Source of the DNA: Eutreptiella sp. 'Long Island Sound 2002'
Taxonomy: Eukaryota > Protista > Euglenida
Assembly: GCA_964036045.1 (NCBI GenBank)
Contig: OZ038379.1
Coordinates: 3,906,001 to 3,970,000 of the forward strand
Direction of reading: 5' to 3'
DNA: 64,000 nt
The notes beneath the pieces are model-generated. The model did not search any database. It was not told the DNA's origin and saw only the letters and a list, made by a program, of their open reading frames with translations. The translations under genes and the position numbers were made by a program. Shown here piece by piece: positions 57,701 through 64,000 of this stretch (position 1 is the first letter of the stretch; each line of letters begins with the position of its first letter).

Positions 57701-60700
57701 CGGAAACAAAGCACAGCCAACGCCTACTAGATCCGTGCACACAACTCACGGTCTAGTCTTTCCTAAATTGGAACCAGAGAAGAAGACACAGCATAAGTGC
57801 ACCCAAGTTTGCATGTGTCTTTCTTGTTGTTCGCAAAGAGTAGCAGACGCGCACTTTGTTGGCTATCCGTCCTTGCTCCTTGAAACACTGCAAAAAGGAT
57901 GCCCTCCACGTTCTCTTCAATCAGCGGAAGTAGTGCATGCGCTGGCAGCAAAGGAGCAAAGAAGTGCCAATGAAGAGGAGCAGGCTGCTCTCACTGCTCA
58001 AGCTGCTGCTTGTGGTGTTGTTGTGGCCACTGCGTCCTCGGTCTTGCATTATGCGGAATATACTGCAAAGTACAAAAGTGTTGGCGGTATTATTGCGACC
58101 CGGCTAACCATGACACGCCATTGTACCATTGGGTGCCAATTTCTGAAGTTGCAAAGGCTGCCCAAAAGTTGAAGAGGCGAGTGGCCCTCCTCGAATTTTA
58201 GTGAAATTTTAAAACACGAAATGCAGCTTTGAGGGCGCGGCATTCAATTGTTGATGCCGGTGCGGTTGCCCAAATCGCCCGCCCCTTGTGCAGCAGTTTT
58301 GCACAAGGTTTTGAAGATGACTGGAATGCTCAGTCGGAGCTATGTACCGGGGCACAGCAGGGATTCTGAACCATTGATTGCAAGTGAAGAGGGGACGGAA
58401 TGGGCTTCTAGCCAAAGCAGCAAGGGTAAGGGCATTGATTGCCGAGGCAAAAAAAGATTCTGAAGGAGACCGTGATAGAGCACAAGCACATGGTGTTGGC
58501 ACACGCTAATTATTACAATGGGGTTGTTATTATTACAGTGGGCCGCATACCCAAGTGTTTGGAGGTGTGTGACACTATGTGAGAACCGTAATGTTTTTCA
58601 TTTGGTGTGCATGTATACTAACCCCTCAGGCCACCGGGTCCATTTTGGGTCCGCCAAGGGGGTGGGGTGGGGGGGGGGCTAGGGTGCCCTTGCCGCGGCT
58701 GATAACCCTGCACAGCGAAAACCCTCCCCCTCAAGCCCCCCCATTTTAATCTTGGCTCGCCACTTGTTATTACATGGCTCAATGCAGCAGTGCAATGGCC
58801 TCGTCGCAATGCAAAGGACTAGTTCTCCTCCCCGCTGCCTGGTAGTCAGCCAACCATGTCCCAGTGGTAGTGCCAGCACCTTTTACGGGATGCTTGTGCG
58901 TGGTTTGCGGATTTGCCACCACCGTGAAACCGGACCTCACATGCTCAAGCCCAAACGGCTTTGAAACAACTTAAGCACAAGGCACTTCAAGCTAAGGGCT
59001 ATGTCCCTATGATGTGAGGCATACCCGTTTTTGCCGATGCATCTCACGACTTTGCTCAAACTGATGGCAAGCATGTGTGGCATGCATGGTCTTAATTGCT
59101 ACAGGACTTCTAGCCTCCCCAAAAATTTATTATAACATAGCTTGTTTGTATGAAGCAAACATAGGCAAGAAAATATGAAAATTTTAGTTGGCCTACCGCA
59201 CATATTTGTTTCGAGACACAATAAGAAAACATCAATGACAACGAAAGCCCGCACGTTTTCCAGCAACCGCTGCAACCAAACACTTGTAAACTTAGATAGA
59301 GGTAAGATAGAGGTCCTTTGCCCACATGGTGAACCCCATTAACGCAATGGCATTCAACCTTTTTTGCAGTGCTAGCATAGTAAAATATTATGGTGCAAGC
59401 ACCATAAAAATGACACAAGGAAACAACGCAGGCAGAGGAAAGAAAGGAAAGAAAGAAAGTGGTAGTGGTAATGTGTTGCAAAAAACTCCCAAAAAGTGGT
59501 TTTCAAACGTTGAAAGAAGCAAGAGCCCTAGTAGAACAGCACTAGGGTCCATTACAAGGAGTGTGATACACAACAATATAGTTATGTATACCATGGCAGA
59601 GTGGCATCATGAAACTGCTGCTCCAACTCAGTTGTGAAACACCCATCAGAAGCACCTATTCAACATCTTTGGTGCCACTATGCCCTAGTGTACATTTCTG
59701 CGGTATGTCACACTATTGTTGCTGTTTTACGGTTACACCTGCTTCTTCCATATTTTGAAAGTGCGTAGCCCAACGAATAAAGGCTTAACGTCACCATGTG
59801 AAAGAAACAGAAGCCACAATTTAGAGCTGGATGGGGCTCTGAGGTCTGCACCTCAAGGTGGGAATTACCAGGCAGCTCAGCCCCACACATTTGGATTTGC
59901 TGCTGAAGCATCAACTTTAACAAGCCTAGGCTGGTGCTTGCATAATTCTTCGTGATGACATAGCCTGCTGGTGCCCATTTAGTCTTTCTAGCTGCCTGAA
60001 GCTTGGCTTGTAAGCAGGCTACTCTGTCAGCAAACACAACCAAAAAGATCAAACCTGAATTTGACTGCTGGTTGAGTCGGGTCCCGATTCTTGTCCAAGG
60101 CGGAGCGGTTCTGTCACACGAGTCGATTAAAGAGTGCTGCTTTAGCCCTGTGTTTTCTTGTAGGCTGTGTTGGCCTTTATCTTAGTAGAGGCATTGTATG
60201 CTTGCAAAGTGTGAGCCATCGCTGTTGTTTATGCAGGCCTATGCTGAGAGCAGTGCAACACACCTGCTTTTAGCCCTGGGTTGGGGGGTCAGGGAATTGC
60301 ACGTGTGCCAAAAAGGAATGAATGTCAGATCAACAAGCTTCAAAAAATACAAGGTGTTAGGCTGGTCCAACAATTGCTGACGATCACCGACCATCCATGA
60401 CGATTTGGAGAGAGTGGGGCAACAGTACTTAGCATCTGGATAGCTGTACGTGTGGTCTGCACACTGACTGCACTTCTCGTGCCGGAGCCAGATGTAGGCG
60501 CACATCAGGCCTTCCGGTATTAACTGTGAGCAGTGGCGGTGGTTGGCGACTCGTGCTTTGAGTAGTCACCCTGTGGCACAGATTATTCTCGACCGTCAGC
60601 AGGAGCCAATGCAGCGCACCGTTGCAGTTGATGGCGCCCCTCCCACCTGCGGTCCTGGCGCCTGTAAGCTGGTGGGCATCTCATCTAGAAATCCCCGCAC

Positions 60701-63559
60701 TGCTATTCTGCAATCCGATACCTGAGCCCTCCCTGCATCCTTGTTTTCTGTAGGAGTTTTAGTAAATTGTTGTGTTGGCATTTGGAACCAAGCCCCCTCT
60801 GCATGGATTTGTTGGAGGATCCATCTGGACCTCGAATCACTGTTTGGAACATTTTTCTTCACCAAATCTCAGCAAACTGGCAACGTCTCTTACTTCCGCC
60901 ATGAGGTGCATGACAACTGATCAAGGTGGCCATACCATGGAATGGAAATTGGAATGGAGTAGAACGGAATGGAAATTCCCTTATCTCCCTGGCGTGCTGC
61001 TCCATTCACATTGCCCTGGGGTTTTACTGGTTGTTACTGCCTTTGCTCACTACTCTGTCTGCGTGTACCATGGCTTGGTCTTTCTATAACGGGACAGCAA
61101 CCAGCGCTGTAGCTGCCACATAAGTTGTTGGGAGGCACAACAGAAAACACACAGGATTTAACTCTGCTTTTGCTTGGATGAACATGTACTGTGAGGGGGG
61201 AAATGAAAATTCCATACTGTGTGCCGCCTTGCATGTGAAGCACATCTGGCCAGCTGGATGCGGAATTCGCAAACAGAACAGAATATCCCTAGAAAGCACC
61301 ATAACATGTCACTTGCACTGCACAAAAGGCTGCTCAGAATTGCTTCATCTTGTTCCTACTATATTTTCTCTGGCAACACTACTTTCTCAACAATCAAACA
61401 ACTGTTCACCGTTTGCACCGATTGGGGTTGCACTTCAACCAAATGGGTGCTGTAGGATGAATACAAGAGGCAATGGGAGAGTGGACTGGCGTAAAGGTCC
61501 GATCATCACGAAAATCCCATTGTTCCGTGCGCAGTACAGTGGTCACATACTGCATAGAATGAGCACGTGTGAGGGGCTTCTTGGATAAGAGCTTGCAATT
61601 ATGGTGGACCAGAAGGGCAGCAAGATGCTGGGTGAACATACTTGCACAAGCAACAGCAAAGGCACCCAAGGTCGCTGAAGCACTTCCTAGTGTTGCTTGG
61701 TTGCCACTGTTGGGTACTGGCACCACCATTCCAACCAGCCAGCCACCATGTAAGGCGGGAGAATGTTCTGAAAACTCTTGGATGCCCCACAGGTCAGTTC
61801 AAACAAGGCAAAAAATTGTCAAATTCAACTCTGGGGACATGTCAGCATCATGCAAAAGTGCCAAAAGCCAACAACATCAACACATCACATAAGTAAACCA
61901 AAGCCCCCCACGGCTAGCAATAGTGTGAGTGGCGGACACAAGGGTTGGGCAGGGCCTGTGTGAAGTAGCTGGCTTTGCTCTATTGCCTCCATGGATCACC
62001 CTTTTTTGCATTATTTGTGCCATGTGCCAGAGCCAGCGCTTGAACAGTGACCACGGACCCAATACTCTGGACTAGTTGCCTGCCAGTCCGGGTCCATTTG
62101 ACATCCACAATTCTGCACAACCAAGTCCAGACCACCCTTTGCATCCCTACCTTTTGGGCTCTGTGGCCACTGTGCCAGAAGGGGCTGCTATGTCGGTTCA
62201 AGTGGTGCTATCTTCCAGCGGGCAGCCAACATTTCACTAGACGAGAGGGACCATACTTTTGTACCGTCACACTCCCAATTGGAATTCCATTATGTTCTGA
62301 GCTGCTGCTTGTCAATCGCAATTGCGTTGCTGGTGCAATAAACCAAGATGAACGAAAGTGATATACTCAGATATATGAAACAATTTTGTGTTGTACAGAG
62401 CCACCTAGACCGACAATATGTAGGGGCTGTTGCTGCAATTTCTCGATTCCCATCCAGCCTTCTGCTCGGCACACCTTTGAAGTGTTTGCACCAAACAAGC
62501 TTTGCTCCAAAAAATCACCAACAATTGTCGCCCCCACTGCACTCTACAAACTCTCATGGTGTGTGGTGCTTGGCACAAGGGTCGAAGAGGCTGGTGGAGG
62601 GTTCTGGAAAGGCCCAGAAGGTGAAACAGTGGGGCAGAGGGTTTTGGGGGCTGGAGACAACCAATGAGGACTGTGAAGTTGCCCATGCTGTACGCCTGGA
62701 AACATCACTGATCCTCTCACGTTCTGTAATTGTTGCAGTTTGACGGCACCCCGTTGGGAGGTAACTGACGGCGGTCGGCGGTAACGGGGGGTGTTTGCCG
62801 GGTAACCGATGGCGGTTGGTGGGTAACCGTGAGCATTCTAGTCAGTGTGGCGGAGGAATTTTTCCTTTTCCTCTTGTTCCCTACGGACGGCCCTGCCCCG
62901 CGTGTGGTGCACCTCCCCCCTCCCCTCACGCTGATTGGGTTGGAATGCACTTTGGCCAAATGGGGATGTTGTTGAGCTGCTGCGCGATTGATCTGCCAGA
63001 TGCATCCTCGTGTTCCAGACAGACCATGATATGGCACACCGCCCTTGTGTGGCTGGGTGTCATTGTTTCTTCATTTCTTCTTTCATACACATTATCCCCC
63101 AGCACAAGCGCCACAGGGGCATCGCAACCATCGACTGTTGCATATCTAGACTGGTCGTACCCAACAAGCCTGCGGGCAGTGCAGAAGCCCCACGGCAGGT
63201 TTGCTGCCTCTGAGTTGCACCCAGACATGTTCGTTTGTCCAAAGCCCACTTCTGCAACCACTTGTCGGAAACCGAAAATGAATTTTGGGAACCCCAGTAC
63301 CCTTGAGTGCCATGTCTAGGAGACACAGGGGTTTCCAGTCTTTTAAGAAATTTGTTTATCAGGGTTGCAACCTCTGGGCGCTCTGTTCTTCAAACGTTAC
63401 CCTGAACTCCCTTGGCTTCCCTTGAGAACTCCTTTGGCTGACTAATTTGCTTGGACCCCAATTTTGCATCTGCGGGCGTTTTCCTAATTGGCGCGAAACG
63501 TTTTGCAACCCCCTGTTTTGCGACTTGACATTGTCGCAGCCCAGTACAGATAAAGGCAA

Positions 63560-63975
63560 AGAAATCCTGATTGGTGCTTCATTCAACAGGCCTTGGTGTG
63601 CAAAGTGCTTTGCGACAGTGTTATCCACTGATGCATCATTTGCTGTGGATGCTCACATCGAGAATTTTTGTCCCCTTTGAACCGACTGCTCTTTCACAGT
63701 TCTCAGGTTGGGGATTTGTCCACAACATCTAGGTGCCGAAACCGGGTTTTGCAGATGACAGTTGTGCGAATCCAGTTCTCTCAAACTGCGGATTTTTATC
63801 CCAAGAGACGGAATCCCCAGGTTGATCGCCGAAGCTGATCACTGTTGAATTATTCTGTGACGGATTATAATCCCCATTGCACCCCATAGCTATCCTGTGC
63901 TCTCTGCTCAGGTTCCATGATGTGTCTCACATCAAGTGTGCGCAAATCGAAGATGTTGCAGATCCTCAATTAAGG
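63560..63975 (-). pseudogene. Possible decayed leucine-rich-repeat coding sequence
   Basis: Minus-strand fragments LP*LRICNIFDLRTLDV, SLRELDSHNCHL, IPNLRTV and LSVLGCDNV, with stops and frameshifts. Confidence 0.25.
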
Positions 63976-64000
63976 TAACATGCCCATCTCTTGAAGTCCA

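Overview
Eukaryotic, intron-containing, repeat-rich DNA, most likely from a euglenid. This is inferred from an articulin gene, GTNNG-type splice donors, AG acceptors just upstream of start codons consistent with trans-splicing, and TTAGGG-like repeats. I could splice together four complete protein genes by hand: a membrane hybrid histidine kinase (6028-10691, 4 exons), a CDCA7-like zf-4CXXC_R1 protein (31991-37114, 4 exons), an articulin (minus strand, 43939-45969, 2 exons), and an 8-exon, 519-aa gene (46434-52597) that the ORF track shows only as fragments. The last exon of a fifth gene lies at 228-1295. The 8-exon gene resembles, end to end, the archaeal tetraether-lipid synthase (Tes/GDGT-MAS, MJ0619 family) of radical SAM enzymes. 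It has lost the SAM-cluster CxxxCxxC motif while keeping the rubredoxin-like and C-terminal cysteine ligands, and it sits head-to-head with the articulin gene. The main mobile element is a ~4.9 kb tyrosine-recombinase retrotransposon (21900-26827) with gene order gag-YR-RT/RNaseH and split direct repeats (A1...B1-A2-B2). There is also a Harbinger/ISL2EU-type family whose transposase ends in a B-box-like zinc finger, a hAT-like MITE, a ~490-bp interspersed repeat, several mini- and microsatellites, and a perfect 31-bp hairpin. No prokaryotic operon, CRISPR array, tRNA or rRNA was recognised. All homology calls are from motif recall, not database searches.
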